A DNA stretch of 64,000 nt, taken from positions 73,173-137,172 of the forward strand of contig JAFZRE010000022.1 in the NCBI GenBank assembly GCA_017620015.1, given 5' to 3'. The notes beneath the pieces are model-generated. The model saw only the letters and a list, made by a program, of their open reading frames with translations, ran no database searches and had not been told where the DNA came from. The DNA comes from Bacteroidales bacterium (GTDB lineage: Bacteria; Bacteroidota; Bacteroidia; Bacteroidales; ML635J-15). The stretch's first letter is position 1. Every line of letters begins with the position of its first letter. The translations under genes and the position numbers were made by a program. Positions 1-8,756 of the stretch are shown here, in pieces.

Positions 1-770
1 TCGGTACGTGGATTTACGCACATAACAGGGATTTTCTTGCTAAGCTCGATATTCCTCGGATGCTTGATGCTTGTGAAAGCCTTCTTGTAGTTTTCGGACA
101 TATACAGCACCAAGTCGGGCGAAACACCGCGCATATAGTCGTAGATGTTGTCGTAGAAATCGTCCTCGGGAACACCTTCTACGTCAAATTCGATAGCATT
201 GTCGGCAAAAAGCGAAGTTGCAAATGCAAGGTTGCTGTTGATGTCGGCCTGACGGCTCTCGCTGTTGGTCTTAGGATATACCACATATACATGGCTCTCG
301 AAAATAAGGTTCAAGTACTTAGCCCAGATGAACTTAGCGCGCGACTTCTTGTCACCGTCAATCGGAATACAAATGCGGTCGTACTCGCCGAATGCCAACG
401 GGCTCTGTACCAGCACGAAAGGAACCTTTACGAACTTCTGTATCAGCTTTACCTGCTTCTCGATGGTCTTGATTCCGTGTACGCCCATAACAGCAAGATA
501 GGCATTCTGTTCAATACCATATTCATGGATTACATCGAATGGAGAACCTTTCTTCACAACGGTAGTAACCTTATCATAACCAGTATCTTTCTTAAACTTT
601 TCTGCCACTTTTTCAAGTTCTGCCTGCCACTCGTCTATCATCTTGTCGGAGTCGGCGACATAAAGGATATGAATAGGAAGCTTCTCGAACTTTGCTATTT
701 CGTAAGCGTGATTAAGAGCAAAATTTGCCTCGTTACTAAACTCGTAAGGCACTAAAACACATCTTTCCAT
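1..770 (-). CDS. universal stress protein (UspA) family protein, probably tandem USP domains; C-terminal end runs off the left edge
   Basis: Not in the ORF track because there is no stop codon in the window. My own reverse-strand translation from the ATG (cat at 768-770) reads MERCVLVPYEFSNEANFALNHAYEIAKFEKLPIHILYVADSDKMIDEWQAELEKVAEKFKKDTGYDKVTTVVKKGSPFDVIHEYGIEQNAYLAVMGVHG... I checked it codon by codon down to about 481 and found no stop in a quicker read of the rest. The ILYV..D and VMGxHG motifs are typical of the USP fold. The listed + ORF 60..755 is its antisense shadow. Confidence 0.75.
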   Translation of the reverse strand, partial: MERCVLVPYEFSNEANFALNHAYEIAKFEKLPIHILYVADSDKMIDEWQAELEKVAEKFKKDTGYDKVTTVVKKGSPFDVIHEYGIEQNAYLAVMGVHGIKTIEKQVKLIQKFVKVPFVLVQSPLAFGEYDRICIPIDGDKKSRAKFIWAKYLNLIFESHVYVVYPKTNSESRQADINSNLAFATSLFADNAIEFDVEGVPEDDFYDNIYDYMRGVSPDLVLYMSENYKKAFTSIKHPRNIELSKKIPVMCVNPRT

Positions 771-1013
771 AAAACTTTCTGTTTACAAAATAAATATATG
801 AATCGGGACAAAGATAATGTTTTTTCAAATTGCATACACCTATAAGTAATAAAAAATAATCCTGCCCAGAAAACCGAGCAGGATTACAGTTATAAATAAT
901 AAACAATTTCTTATTCATAACATTCTAGCTCTAATGATTTTCAAAGAAAAAAACACTTATCATCACACTAATATTTTTTGCGGTTATCTTGATAATCTAT
1001 ATTTTTGCAAAAT

Positions 1014-1310
1014 ATGGAAAGTATAGTTGAATGGTTGAGTTCCCATATGTTGCCTTGCACACACAAGCAACTTTTTGGCATTAGTTGTCCTATGTGCGGA
1101 TGTCAGCGTGGGATTATTCGTCTGCTGCAAGGCGATGTTTGGGGATGTATAGTTCAGTTCCCGCCTATTGTAGCGTGGTTTCTGACATTGATTGCCTGTA
1201 TAATACTTTATGCCACCAAACGTATGACAAAGCGAGTGGCGTGGATTATTGTTTGGGCAAATTTAGCGGCATTTTTGTTCAACTGGATCTATCAGAATGT
1301 TGCATTTTGA
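1014..1310 (+). CDS. DUF2752-like small membrane protein
   Basis: ORF 1005..1310. ATG at 1014 (MESIVEWL...) is preferred over the TTG at 1005. The motif CPMCGCQRG followed by two hydrophobic helices matches my recollection of DUF2752. The start is uncertain because a TAttTTTG box sits at 1000-1007. Confidence 0.6.
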   Translation: MESIVEWLSSHMLPCTHKQLFGISCPMCGCQRGIIRLLQGDVWGCIVQFPPIVAWFLTLIACIILYATKRMTKRVAWIIVWANLAAFLFNWIYQNVAF

Positions 1311-1400
1311 GTTGACTGTTGATGTAATCCACTGAAATTTATATTGTTAGATATGTTAAAAAAAATTAAAAATATATTTCATTAAATAGTCTTAATTATT

Positions 1401-1408
1401 TACATTTG
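1401..1408 (+). promoter_or_regulatory. Bacteroidota -7 box TAcaTTTG
   Basis: tacatttg lies 30 nt upstream of the ATG at 1439 and matches the TAnnTTTG consensus. Confidence 0.5.
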
Positions 1409-1438
1409 CAAAACTAAAAACTAAAAAAATATAATAAT

Positions 1439-1750
1439 ATGAATGATCAAGTTCAAAAACAGAATGCACCGTATGCAGTAGCTGCATTGGTATTGGGTAT
1501 TTGCTCCATCGTATTTGGATGCTTTTTTGTAGGTTTAATTTGCGGTATAGTAGGTCTTATACTTGCTAAGAAAGGTTATGAAGCTTACAATGCAGCTCCA
1601 GATCAGTACGCTGGTGAAGGTATGCTTAAGGCTGGTAAGATAACATCAATCATTGGTATTATCTTCGGTGCTTTGTACATTGTATACTACATTATCGTTG
1701 TTGCAATAATTGGTGCAGCATACGGTAGCTTGTTCGCAATGTTTGGCTAA
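1439..1750 (+). CDS. small integral membrane protein (DUF4190-like, two hydrophobic hairpins)
   Basis: 103-aa ORF. It has two long hydrophobic stretches (AVAALVLGICSIVFGCFFVGLICGIVGLILA and ITSIIGIIFGALYIVYYIIVVAIIGAAYG), with a promoter box upstream and a terminator downstream. Confidence 0.6.
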   Translation: MNDQVQKQNAPYAVAALVLGICSIVFGCFFVGLICGIVGLILAKKGYEAYNAAPDQYAGEGMLKAGKITSIIGIIFGALYIVYYIIVVAIIGAAYGSLFAMFG

Positions 1751-1772
1751 ACCACCTATTAAAAATAAAAAA

Positions 1773-1799
1773 AGCCCAGAAAATTCTGGGCTTTTTTTA
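1773..1799. terminator. rho-independent terminator, bidirectional shape
   Basis: agcccaga-aaat-tctgggct forms an 8-bp stem. It is followed by T7 and preceded by an A-run. Confidence 0.75.
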
Positions 1800-1828
1800 T
1801 TTGCAATTTTTTCAAAAAAATCTGACTT

Positions 1829-2005
1829 TTATTTTATCATCCCAGTCAATTCTACAAACTCCTCTGGCGAAAGCTGTTCGGGACGAAGATTCCAGAAACG
1901 ATGCGACATATCGGTTTCGGGCGAGAGCATCGATTTGAGTGAATTGCGCAAAGTCTTGCGTCGCTGGTTGAAAGCCGTCTTCACAACCATAAATAATTTC
2001 TTCTT
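1829..2005 (-). pseudogene. ghost copy of the 3' end of rsmA (last ~58 codons only)
   Basis: 1829-2005 aligns base for base with 2879-3055, including a ~100-nt identical core. It encodes ...KLFMVVKTAFNQRRKTLRNSLKSMLSPETDMSHRFWNLRPEQLSPEEFVELTGMIK, compared with the intact gene's C-terminus. The upstream part of listed ORF 1829..2074 is REP sequence, not rsmA. Confidence 0.85.
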
Positions 2006-2007
2006 CG

Positions 2008-2060
2008 TTCGTCGTAGGCTCCTGCCTACAACGCTGTACATAATGGCTTCTGCCATGTCT
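2008..2060. repeat. REP-like double hairpin, type A, copy 1
   Basis: Sequence ttcgtcgtaggctcctgcctacaacgctgtacataatggcttctgccatgtct. It forms hairpins cgtcgtagg/cctacaacg and atggc/gccat. It is about 85 percent identical to 2188-2240. Confidence 0.8.
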
Positions 2061-2112
2061 AAATCACATTCCATACAATTTCTATAAACAACATTTCTTA
2101 CATTATGATTTC

Positions 2113-2161
2113 AAGGCAGAGCCTTGGTTCGTATAGTCGTAGGCTAGAGCCAACGACTATC
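2113..2161. repeat. REP-like double hairpin, type B, copy 1
   Basis: Sequence aaggcagagccttggttcgtatagtcgtaggctagagccaacgactatc. It forms hairpins aaggc/gcctt and agtcgtaggc/gccaacgact. A near-identical copy sits at 2820-2867. Confidence 0.8.
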
Positions 2162-2187
2162 TATTATAGTTTTTTTCATTCAGCTGC

Positions 2188-2240
2188 TTCGTCGTAGGCT
2201 CATGCCTACGACGCTGTATCCCATGGCTCCTGCCATGTCA
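2188..2240. repeat. REP-like double hairpin, type A, copy 2, abutting the transposase stop codon
   Basis: Sequence ttcgtcgtaggctcatgcctacgacgctgtatcccatggctcctgccatgtca. It ends one base before the stop codon (tta) at 2241. Confidence 0.8.
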
Positions 2241-2783
2241 TTACAAATTAGACACTTCCAACGCACAATCCTTTCCAGCATACCATCTCGCACTTGAATA
2301 CTCATAGTCTTCTGCATTCGACACAAAACCAGCCTTCACCGGATTCTCGTGTATATAATTAACCTTTTCATCAATAAAGCGACTACTGTACAAAAGTTCT
2401 GGGTGATTATCTTGTTTCCAGAACTGATATTTTTCATTTCTCTTGTTCCGAGAAGCCGACATTGCAAACATTTTCAACATCCATTCCCTGCGACTTTCGG
2501 CACATTCAGAAATAGTTTCAAGAACCCTTTTGGCTGTATAACTTTTAAAATCCCGTATTACAGAACTTAAATTTCCATTTTGACACCTAACAATCAAATG
2601 AATATGATTTGTCATTATTACAAATGCAAAAATCTCCAAGCCTTTGTTTTTCTGGCAATACCTTAAATTTTCTACAACTATATCACGATAAATCCTTCTT
2701 GTGAACACATCTATCCAATCCACTACGGTTAGAGTTATAAAATACGTCTCGTCCTGTTTTCTTATTTGACAGCCATTTGCCAT
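2241..2783 (-). CDS. REP-associated tyrosine transposase (RAYT) / IS200-like Y1 HUH transposase
   Basis: 180-aa ORF with an HUH motif (TNHIHLIV) and a C-terminal Tyr region (VNYIHENPVKAGFV..YEYSSARWY). It is bracketed by the type A and type B hairpins. Confidence 0.85.
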   Translation of the reverse strand: MANGCQIRKQDETYFITLTVVDWIDVFTRRIYRDIVVENLRYCQKNKGLEIFAFVIMTNHIHLIVRCQNGNLSSVIRDFKSYTAKRVLETISECAESRREWMLKMFAMSASRNKRNEKYQFWKQDNHPELLYSSRFIDEKVNYIHENPVKAGFVSNAEDYEYSSARWYAGKDCALEVSNL

Positions 2784-2819
2784 TTTATAATAATCCTTGT
2801 TTGTAATTCTAAAATTAGC

Positions 2820-2867
2820 AAGGCAGAGCCTTGATTAGTCAAGTCGTAGGCTGGAGCCAACGACTAT
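2820..2867. repeat. REP-like double hairpin, type B, copy 2
   Basis: Sequence aaggcagagccttgattagtcaagtcgtaggctggagccaacgactatcc, lying between the transposase start and the rsmA stop. Confidence 0.8.
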
Positions 2868-2878
2868 CCTTATAGTTT

Positions 2879-3640
2879 TTATTTTAGCATCCTTGTCAAT
2901 TCCACAAATTCCTCGGGAGAAAGCTGTTCGGGACGAAGATTCCAGAAACGATGCGACATATCGGTTTCGGGCGAGAGCATCGATTTGAGTGAATTGCGCA
3001 AAATCTTGCGTCGCTGGTTGAAGGCCGTCTTTACCACCATAAAAAGCTTCTTCTCGTCGACACCTTCTATTGTCTGCCGATAGCGCACAAACCTCACAAC
3101 ACCCGACTTAACTTTTGGCGGCGGATTAAAAACATGCTCGTGAACAGTGAACAAATATTCGCACCTATAATATAATTGCATCAGCACGCTCAAAATACCA
3201 TAAACCTTGCAACCTTCCTTCGAAGCAATACGCTCGGCAACTTCCTTCTGTATCATGCAGACTATTTCAGATACCTTTCCCCTGCTTTCCAATGCCTTGA
3301 AAAAAATTTGGCTGGAAATGTTGTATGGGAAATTACCAATGATGCACATTTCGGAATCGCAAAATGCATTCAAATCCATCTTCAGGAAATCAGCTTCGAG
3401 CAAGTTGAACTTTGTCGTATCGAAATTTTTCTTCAGATATTCAACCGATTCAGTATCGATTTCTGCCAAAATGAGATTGGAAAAATTTCGCCTAATCAGC
3501 TCCCTTGTAAGAATTCCCGTTCCCGGTCCTATTTCAAGCACAGGAAAGTTCGATTCATTTTGTAAAGCATCGCCAATACGAGCTGCAATGCTTGCATCGG
3601 TAAGGAAATGCTGTCCTAGATATTTTTTTGGTCTAACCAT
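2879..3640 (-). CDS. rsmA: 16S rRNA (adenine1518-N6/adenine1519-N6)-dimethyltransferase
   Basis: ORF 2879..3757. The real start is most likely MVRPKKYLGQHFLTD (cat at 3638-3640). The SAM motif LEIGPGTGILT and the NFPYNISS motif are diagnostic of KsgA/RsmA. Confidence 0.93.
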   Translation of the reverse strand: MVRPKKYLGQHFLTDASIAARIGDALQNESNFPVLEIGPGTGILTRELIRRNFSNLILAEIDTESVEYLKKNFDTTKFNLLEADFLKMDLNAFCDSEMCIIGNFPYNISSQIFFKALESRGKVSEIVCMIQKEVAERIASKEGCKVYGILSVLMQLYYRCEYLFTVHEHVFNPPPKVKSGVVRFVRYRQTIEGVDEKKLFMVVKTAFNQRRKILRNSLKSMLSPETDMSHRFWNLRPEQLSPEEFVELTRMLK

Positions 3641-3689
3641 AATGCAAAAGTCGGAATAAAAAATGATATATTTGCAAAAATTTTCCAGT

Positions 3690-4682
3690 ATGAACAAAAA
3701 ACTGAAAACTGCCATAAAGATTATACTGTTTGTTGGCTTCGGCATAGCCATATTCATGCTGGTTTACAAGGACTTCGACTTTGGCAACTTCTTCGACACG
3801 ATGTCGGCAATAAAATGGGGCTGGCTGATTCCCGCAGCACTGATAAGCCTGCTCAGCCACATCAGTCGTGCCCGCCGCTGGCAGCTTCTACTCGAAACCA
3901 CTGGAGAAAAACCAAGGTTCATAAACACATTTTTCGCCGTACTGAACGCCTACTTTGCCAATCTCGCAATTCCACGCCTGGGCGAAGTGACACGCTGCGC
4001 ACTAATATCACGCTACGAAAAGCAGGATTTCTCCAAGGTGCTAGGCACGGTAGTCAGCGAAAGACTTCTCGACCTCATTCTCGTGGCAATACTGACCGTA
4101 GTCGCATTCGCCACACAAGCCAATGTTTTTGGCGACTTTGTCGCACAGCACCCAGAAATAAAGGACAATCTAGCCAAGATTTTCTCGCCGACAACAATAA
4201 TAATACTTGCCGTTATAGGAATTGCCGGGCTGTGCCTGCTTATTGTCATTGCAAAAGGAAAACTCGACAGGTTCAAGTTCTGCCAGAAAATATCGAAATT
4301 CATAAAAGACTTCTGGACTGGAATTCTCTGCCTGAAAAACGCAAATCACAAGGCTGGCGTTATTTTCCACTCCTTCCTAATCTGGACACTTTACTTCCTG
4401 ATGCTTTACTTCTGCTTCTTTGCCTTCGAAGAACTGAGTGGACTCAACGTACTTGCAGCGCTAATGCTCTTTGTTGCAGGAAGTTTCGGAATGATTGTTC
4501 CATCACCAAACGGAATGGGATCGTACCATTTCATGATAATACAGACACTCATAATCTACGGCATTCCGAGCGAAACCGGAGCATCGTTTGCTCTTGTGGC
4601 ACATGGACTCCAAACCGTACTTGTAATAGTATTCGGACTTTTCGCCACCATACTCATACCAGTTGTAAACAAAGACAAATAA
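3690..4682 (+). CDS. lysylphosphatidylglycerol-synthase-TM-type (UPF0104, flippase-like) membrane protein
   Basis: ORF 3663..4682, with likely start MNKKLKTAIK at 3690. It is polytopic, and SRARRWQLLL plus the PRLGEVTRC motif match my recollection of the LPG_synthase_TM family. Confidence 0.7.
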   Translation: MNKKLKTAIKIILFVGFGIAIFMLVYKDFDFGNFFDTMSAIKWGWLIPAALISLLSHISRARRWQLLLETTGEKPRFINTFFAVLNAYFANLAIPRLGEVTRCALISRYEKQDFSKVLGTVVSERLLDLILVAILTVVAFATQANVFGDFVAQHPEIKDNLAKIFSPTTIIILAVIGIAGLCLLIVIAKGKLDRFKFCQKISKFIKDFWTGILCLKNANHKAGVIFHSFLIWTLYFLMLYFCFFAFEELSGLNVLAALMLFVAGSFGMIVPSPNGMGSYHFMIIQTLIIYGIPSETGASFALVAHGLQTVLVIVFGLFATILIPVVNKDK

Positions 4683-5632
4683 TGGACGCAAAGACGGCAA
4701 GCCGATTAAAAATTGCAATCAAAGTGGCGATAGTCGTCCTCGCCTATGCATATGTAGGCTACAGGATTGCCACCGCCCCCGACATCGACCGACTGCCAAC
4801 TTACTTTTCAGAAATGGAACTTTCTAGAATCCTCGTCCTTGTATCCATCCTACTTTTAATGTCACTCAACTGGGCTATAGAAACTTTCAAGTGGCAACGT
4901 CTTGTCCGCAGCATAGAACCAGAAATCGGCTTCGGCAAATGCATAAAAGCAGTGATGTCGGGTGTAACCGTAGGCACAATTACCCCGAACCGCGCAGGCG
5001 AATTTGCAGGCCGCATACTTTTCGTACAGAAGGAAAACCGAGCCAAAGCATCGTACCTGACCATCTTCGGCGACACCGCACAATTCTGCGCAACGGTAAT
5101 CTTCGGCATCACCGGACTGCTGATTATTGGAAACCATATCAGCGGAGCAATCCCATACAACGCACTTATGATTATCAGTGCAATATGCGGAGTTGCCATC
5201 ATCGTCATTTTCATCAAGTTCGACAGCATCGTAAATGCCTTGGGCAAAACCAAATTCGTAAAGAAAAGGTTTGAGAAATACGTTCCGCAATGCGAGATCT
5301 GTACAAAAAGCAAACTTATAACATTAGTTCTTAGTCTTGTAAGATATGCTGTTTTCTGCCTGCAATTTTACCTGTCGCTCAGGTTTTTCGGAATTGACAT
5401 TCCCGCACAAAGCGCATTTACAGCAATCTTTGCTACCTACATCTGCACATATCTCATTCCGAGCATTGCAGCAGCCGAACTAGGAATCAGAGTATCGTTT
5501 GCAATACTTTTCATCGGAATTTTCACTACGCAGGAAACCGCAATAGCACTCGCCTCGCTCCTACTATACCTCGTAAATGTCGGAATACCAATAGCCATAG
5601 GTGGAATATTCCTGCTCAAAGAAAAAAAATAA
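4682..5632 (+). CDS. second UPF0104 / flippase-like membrane protein (tandem paralog)
   Basis: This is the in-frame downstream part of listed ORF 3815..5632. Its start MDAKTASRLKIAIK at 4682 overlaps the previous stop (TAATG). The motifs FKWQRLV and TPNRAGEFAGR are family-like. Codons before 4682 are an out-of-frame overlap with the previous gene. Confidence 0.7.
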   Translation: MDAKTASRLKIAIKVAIVVLAYAYVGYRIATAPDIDRLPTYFSEMELSRILVLVSILLLMSLNWAIETFKWQRLVRSIEPEIGFGKCIKAVMSGVTVGTITPNRAGEFAGRILFVQKENRAKASYLTIFGDTAQFCATVIFGITGLLIIGNHISGAIPYNALMIISAICGVAIIVIFIKFDSIVNALGKTKFVKKRFEKYVPQCEICTKSKLITLVLSLVRYAVFCLQFYLSLRFFGIDIPAQSAFTAIFATYICTYLIPSIAAAELGIRVSFAILFIGIFTTQETAIALASLLLYLVNVGIPIAIGGIFLLKEKK

Positions 5633-5662
5633 ATTTTTCCTTGCCAATTAAACAAAAAGCAG

Positions 5663-5670
5663 TACCTTTG
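5663..5670 (+). promoter_or_regulatory. -7 box TAccTTTG for tRNA-Arg
   Basis: tacctttg lies 15 nt upstream of the mature tRNA 5' end. Confidence 0.5.
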
Positions 5671-5684
5671 CAGTCGAAAATTTT

Positions 5685-5759
5685 GGCCCATTAGCTCAAT
5701 TGGATTAGAGCATCTGACTACGGATCAGAAGGTTGAGGATTCGAATTCTTCATGGGTCA
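5685..5759 (+). tRNA. tRNA-Arg (anticodon ACG)
   Basis: Hand-folded cloverleaf: acceptor GGCCCAT/ATGGGTC, D arm GCTC..GAGC, anticodon stem TCTGA/TCAGA with loop CT-ACG-GA, and T arm GAGGA-TTCGAAT-TCTTC. CCA is not fully encoded. Confidence 0.9.
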
Positions 5760-5763
5760 CCGA

Positions 5764-5794
5764 AAAACTGCGAGCAAAACTTGCAGTTTTTTTT
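5764..5794 (+). terminator. rho-independent terminator after tRNA-Arg
   Basis: Stem ctgcgag-caaaa-cttgcag followed by T8. Confidence 0.7.
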
Positions 5795-5848
5795 ATTTAT
5801 TGGCAATAAAATGACTTCAAGCAAGTTTTATTAGCAAAGCATAACACA

Positions 5849-7777
5849 ATGAAGCAAAAAGGATTAACGGACAATGGCAATTGGCTGTCAAAAGCCCTGA
5901 ACGACTATTGTTCCGAATGTCTTATCCTTTTTTGCGCTATGTTTCTTGTCAGAATTGTTGAAACCATCGCACTTTCCGCAACCGGCTATCACGCCGAACT
6001 TATCGGAAACAACCTCATAGGTTTTACCGTTGACCTTGCAAACATAGGATGGATTGTCGGCCTATTATTCTTCATCCACCTAATAATCAGCAAATTTTCA
6101 CAAAAAGCTGCCACCTATACCATTAGGACATTTTTTGCCGCCTACCTTTGCATATCCATAATTTTAATGTGCTATTTCGTAACAACACACATACCACTCG
6201 ACGGCATAATAACAGCATACTCACCTCGCGAACTTTTTATAACCTTAAAGACGAACAGCCCCTACAACATTCCGATAATCATCCTAATAATCATCATATC
6301 AATACTATACATAATAATACCAAGAAAGCTATTCCGAGTGCCAAAATGGGCACAAATCACCATATTTGTAGTGTTTATAGTGAGTGCATTCTTCCCTGGA
6401 CTAAAAAAAGGCAAGGTCGGTCCCGACAAAAAATACTACGTCATTGAAAATAAGACCAGATACCTTTACGAAAGCCTTAAAAACAAGGAATCTGTAATCC
6501 AGTTCACAGACAGCGAATTAAAGGAAAAATCGGAAAAATTTGTTTCGTACTTCCCAGAATACGAATTCGTTGACTACCACTACCCATTCCTGCACAAAGA
6601 AGAAACACCAGATGTCATATCGAACTACCTTGAAAAGCGCGAATGTGAACCTAACATAGTAATAATCATAGTCGAAGGCCTATGCAACTACATTAGCGGA
6701 CAAAACAGCACAATAGCCTCGGCTACGCCATTCCTTGACTCGCTGTCGGAACACTCGCTAGTATGGGAAAACTGCCTATCTACATCTGAACGTACATTCG
6801 GAGCACTGCCATCCATACTCGGAGCACTGCCATTCGGGGAAAACGGCTTCATGTCATATAGACGCAACGTGCCGACATTCAACACAATAGCAACCATTCT
6901 GCACGACAACGGCTACAAAAACACATTCTTCTACGGTGGCTGGTACGGATTCGACAACATGGACATTTTTGCAGAAAACAACTTTATGGAAATGTACTAC
7001 GACAAGCCCGAGTACGAATCCGCAGAACAGCGCAACGAATGGGGACTGCTTGACGAATATATGCTTCTGCACTCGCTCGAAGACATAAAAACACCGGATA
7101 CTACACCTCGTCTCGACATATACCTTACACTAACCACGCATGACCCATTCAAATATCCAAACCAAGACGAATACATCAAGAGATACAAGGCTTTACCCCA
7201 AAAAGGAAAAATAAAAAGCCCTATGGAATGCAATGCTTCGTTCCTTTATGCCGATGATTGCCTACGCAAATTTTTCAGTGAATATGAAAAATGCAATTCA
7301 TACGACAACACAATATTCATAATCACAGGCGACCACAAATTCATTACTACCGACAAGAAAAATCGAATAGACAACTATCACGTTCCATTGATAATATGGT
7401 CACCAATGCTTCGCGAAAGCCACAGATTCCCAGCAGTTGTTTCCCATAGGAGCATCACACCAAGCATACTTACCTACCTGAAGCACACATATGGCATAAA
7501 AACTCCAGAAAACGTGGCCTGGCTAAATTCAGGGCTTGACACTTGCAATAATTTCAGAGTCAACACATTCTCACCTCATTTCAGCGACAGCAGAAATTTA
7601 GCAGGACTAACATTCGGCAACAAGTTCATTACGGAAGACAAAACTTATACATTAGACCTTTTTGACGGCAAACTTACGCTGAAACCATTGAACGACAACC
7701 CAGGCAACGAATTCCTTGAACTATACCAAGCACTCGAAAATTACATTATGTCCAACGATGCGCTAATAAAGGAGTAA
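5849..7777 (+). CDS. LTA synthase / sulfatase-family membrane phosphotransferase
   Basis: 642 aa. The N-terminal ~190 aa are multi-TM, followed by an alkaline-phosphatase-superfamily domain (IIIVEGLCNY, STSERTFGALPSILG, LTLTTHDPF, IITGDH). Confidence 0.75.
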   Translation: MKQKGLTDNGNWLSKALNDYCSECLILFCAMFLVRIVETIALSATGYHAELIGNNLIGFTVDLANIGWIVGLLFFIHLIISKFSQKAATYTIRTFFAAYLCISIILMCYFVTTHIPLDGIITAYSPRELFITLKTNSPYNIPIIILIIIISILYIIIPRKLFRVPKWAQITIFVVFIVSAFFPGLKKGKVGPDKKYYVIENKTRYLYESLKNKESVIQFTDSELKEKSEKFVSYFPEYEFVDYHYPFLHKEETPDVISNYLEKRECEPNIVIIIVEGLCNYISGQNSTIASATPFLDSLSEHSLVWENCLSTSERTFGALPSILGALPFGENGFMSYRRNVPTFNTIATILHDNGYKNTFFYGGWYGFDNMDIFAENNFMEMYYDKPEYESAEQRNEWGLLDEYMLLHSLEDIKTPDTTPRLDIYLTLTTHDPFKYPNQDEYIKRYKALPQKGKIKSPMECNASFLYADDCLRKFFSEYEKCNSYDNTIFIITGDHKFITTDKKNRIDNYHVPLIIWSPMLRESHRFPAVVSHRSITPSILTYLKHTYGIKTPENVAWLNSGLDTCNNFRVNTFSPHFSDSRNLAGLTFGNKFITEDKTYTLDLFDGKLTLKPLNDNPGNEFLELYQALENYIMSNDALIKE

Positions 7778-7781
7778 AAAT

Positions 7782-8597
7782 CTAAATTTTACCTTCTGCG
7801 TACCCCATTTTCACATCCAATTCGTAGTTATACGACGAACGATGGCTATAGCGTCCTTTGACATATATCAACTTGTCCTCGTATTTCTCGAAATCCTCAT
7901 CAGGAACTAAATTTCCATCAATCGAAACGCAACCGTCACGACCATCGAGTACAGCACCAAGAGCCTCGTCCGTTTCCAAAATTTCAGAAAATAAGATTTC
8001 ATCATACGACGGCTTTACATAGTGACCGTCCATAGTAAGCACACCGACCTTGCCATCCTTGTGAAGTTCAAACATGCAGTCATCGTACCACGAATGCCCG
8101 TCATCCTCGTTGGTTATGTAGATTGGTCGGAAAACGACCTCATCCATTATGCACGGAACAAGCAACCTGCCTTTCTTGTCGGCAACACCTTTCTTCCCCG
8201 AATTTGAAACGACAAAAAACTTGTCCAAGCTCTCAATTTCATCATATTGAAAATCAAGAACAACTGTACCATTTCCATCTGGCAAGACAAGTCCCCACTT
8301 TCCTTCCGACATTGCAGGAACAGGAAACTTTCTGTCGTTGACCTTTCCACAGCAACAACCTAAACGCTCGTATTTTGCAGGAACAAGCACCTCATCCTTT
8401 ATGTTTACCAACTTCTCACGGCCATTTTCCACAACAACATAATCCATCCAATCGTAATTGTCGCAAATATCATAGAATGCAATTCGTGAAGCCTCTACAT
8501 CCTCGTCAGGCAATTTGTTGGCTACCGCCGCCTTGTATTCCAAATATAGTTTTTGCATCTTAGAAAGCTGTTCCTTATGAGCATGCTGTTTTTCCAT
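7782..8597 (-). CDS. WG (KWG) repeat-containing protein
   Basis: ORF 7782..8741, with likely start MEKQHAHKEQ (cat at 8595-8597). It carries repeats of the GKWGLV..G..V..F.YD type (GKWGLVLPDGNGTVVLDFQYDEIE, GKKGVADKKGRLLVPCIMDEV, GKVGVLTMDGHYVKPSYDEI). Confidence 0.7.
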   Translation of the reverse strand: MEKQHAHKEQLSKMQKLYLEYKAAVANKLPDEDVEASRIAFYDICDNYDWMDYVVVENGREKLVNIKDEVLVPAKYERLGCCCGKVNDRKFPVPAMSEGKWGLVLPDGNGTVVLDFQYDEIESLDKFFVVSNSGKKGVADKKGRLLVPCIMDEVVFRPIYITNEDDGHSWYDDCMFELHKDGKVGVLTMDGHYVKPSYDEILFSEILETDEALGAVLDGRDGCVSIDGNLVPDEDFEKYEDKLIYVKGRYSHRSSYNYELDVKMGYAEGKI

Positions 8598-8756
8598 CTT
8601 ATACAAATTATTTTGTCTGCGAAAGTAGGAAATAAACATTTCGCAACGACGACAAAGAAAAGTATTTATTAAAGGTGGAAGGTTAACAAAACTATATGCC
8701 CACGACACGTCTCCATTCCAAATAATTTGTTTACTTTGCACAAAAATTGAAAAACT

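Noticed and set aside
60-755. 231-aa + strand ORF at the left edge
   Set aside because: It lies antisense to a much better reverse-strand reading frame with clear universal-stress-protein motifs. Its own sequence has no recognisable motif and has odd composition.
3815-4681. N-terminal 289 codons of the listed 605-aa ORF 3815..5632
   Set aside because: This part overlaps the UPF0104 gene 3690..4682 in another frame and is an R/S/T/H-rich nonsense-like sequence. The real gene starts at the ATG at 4682.
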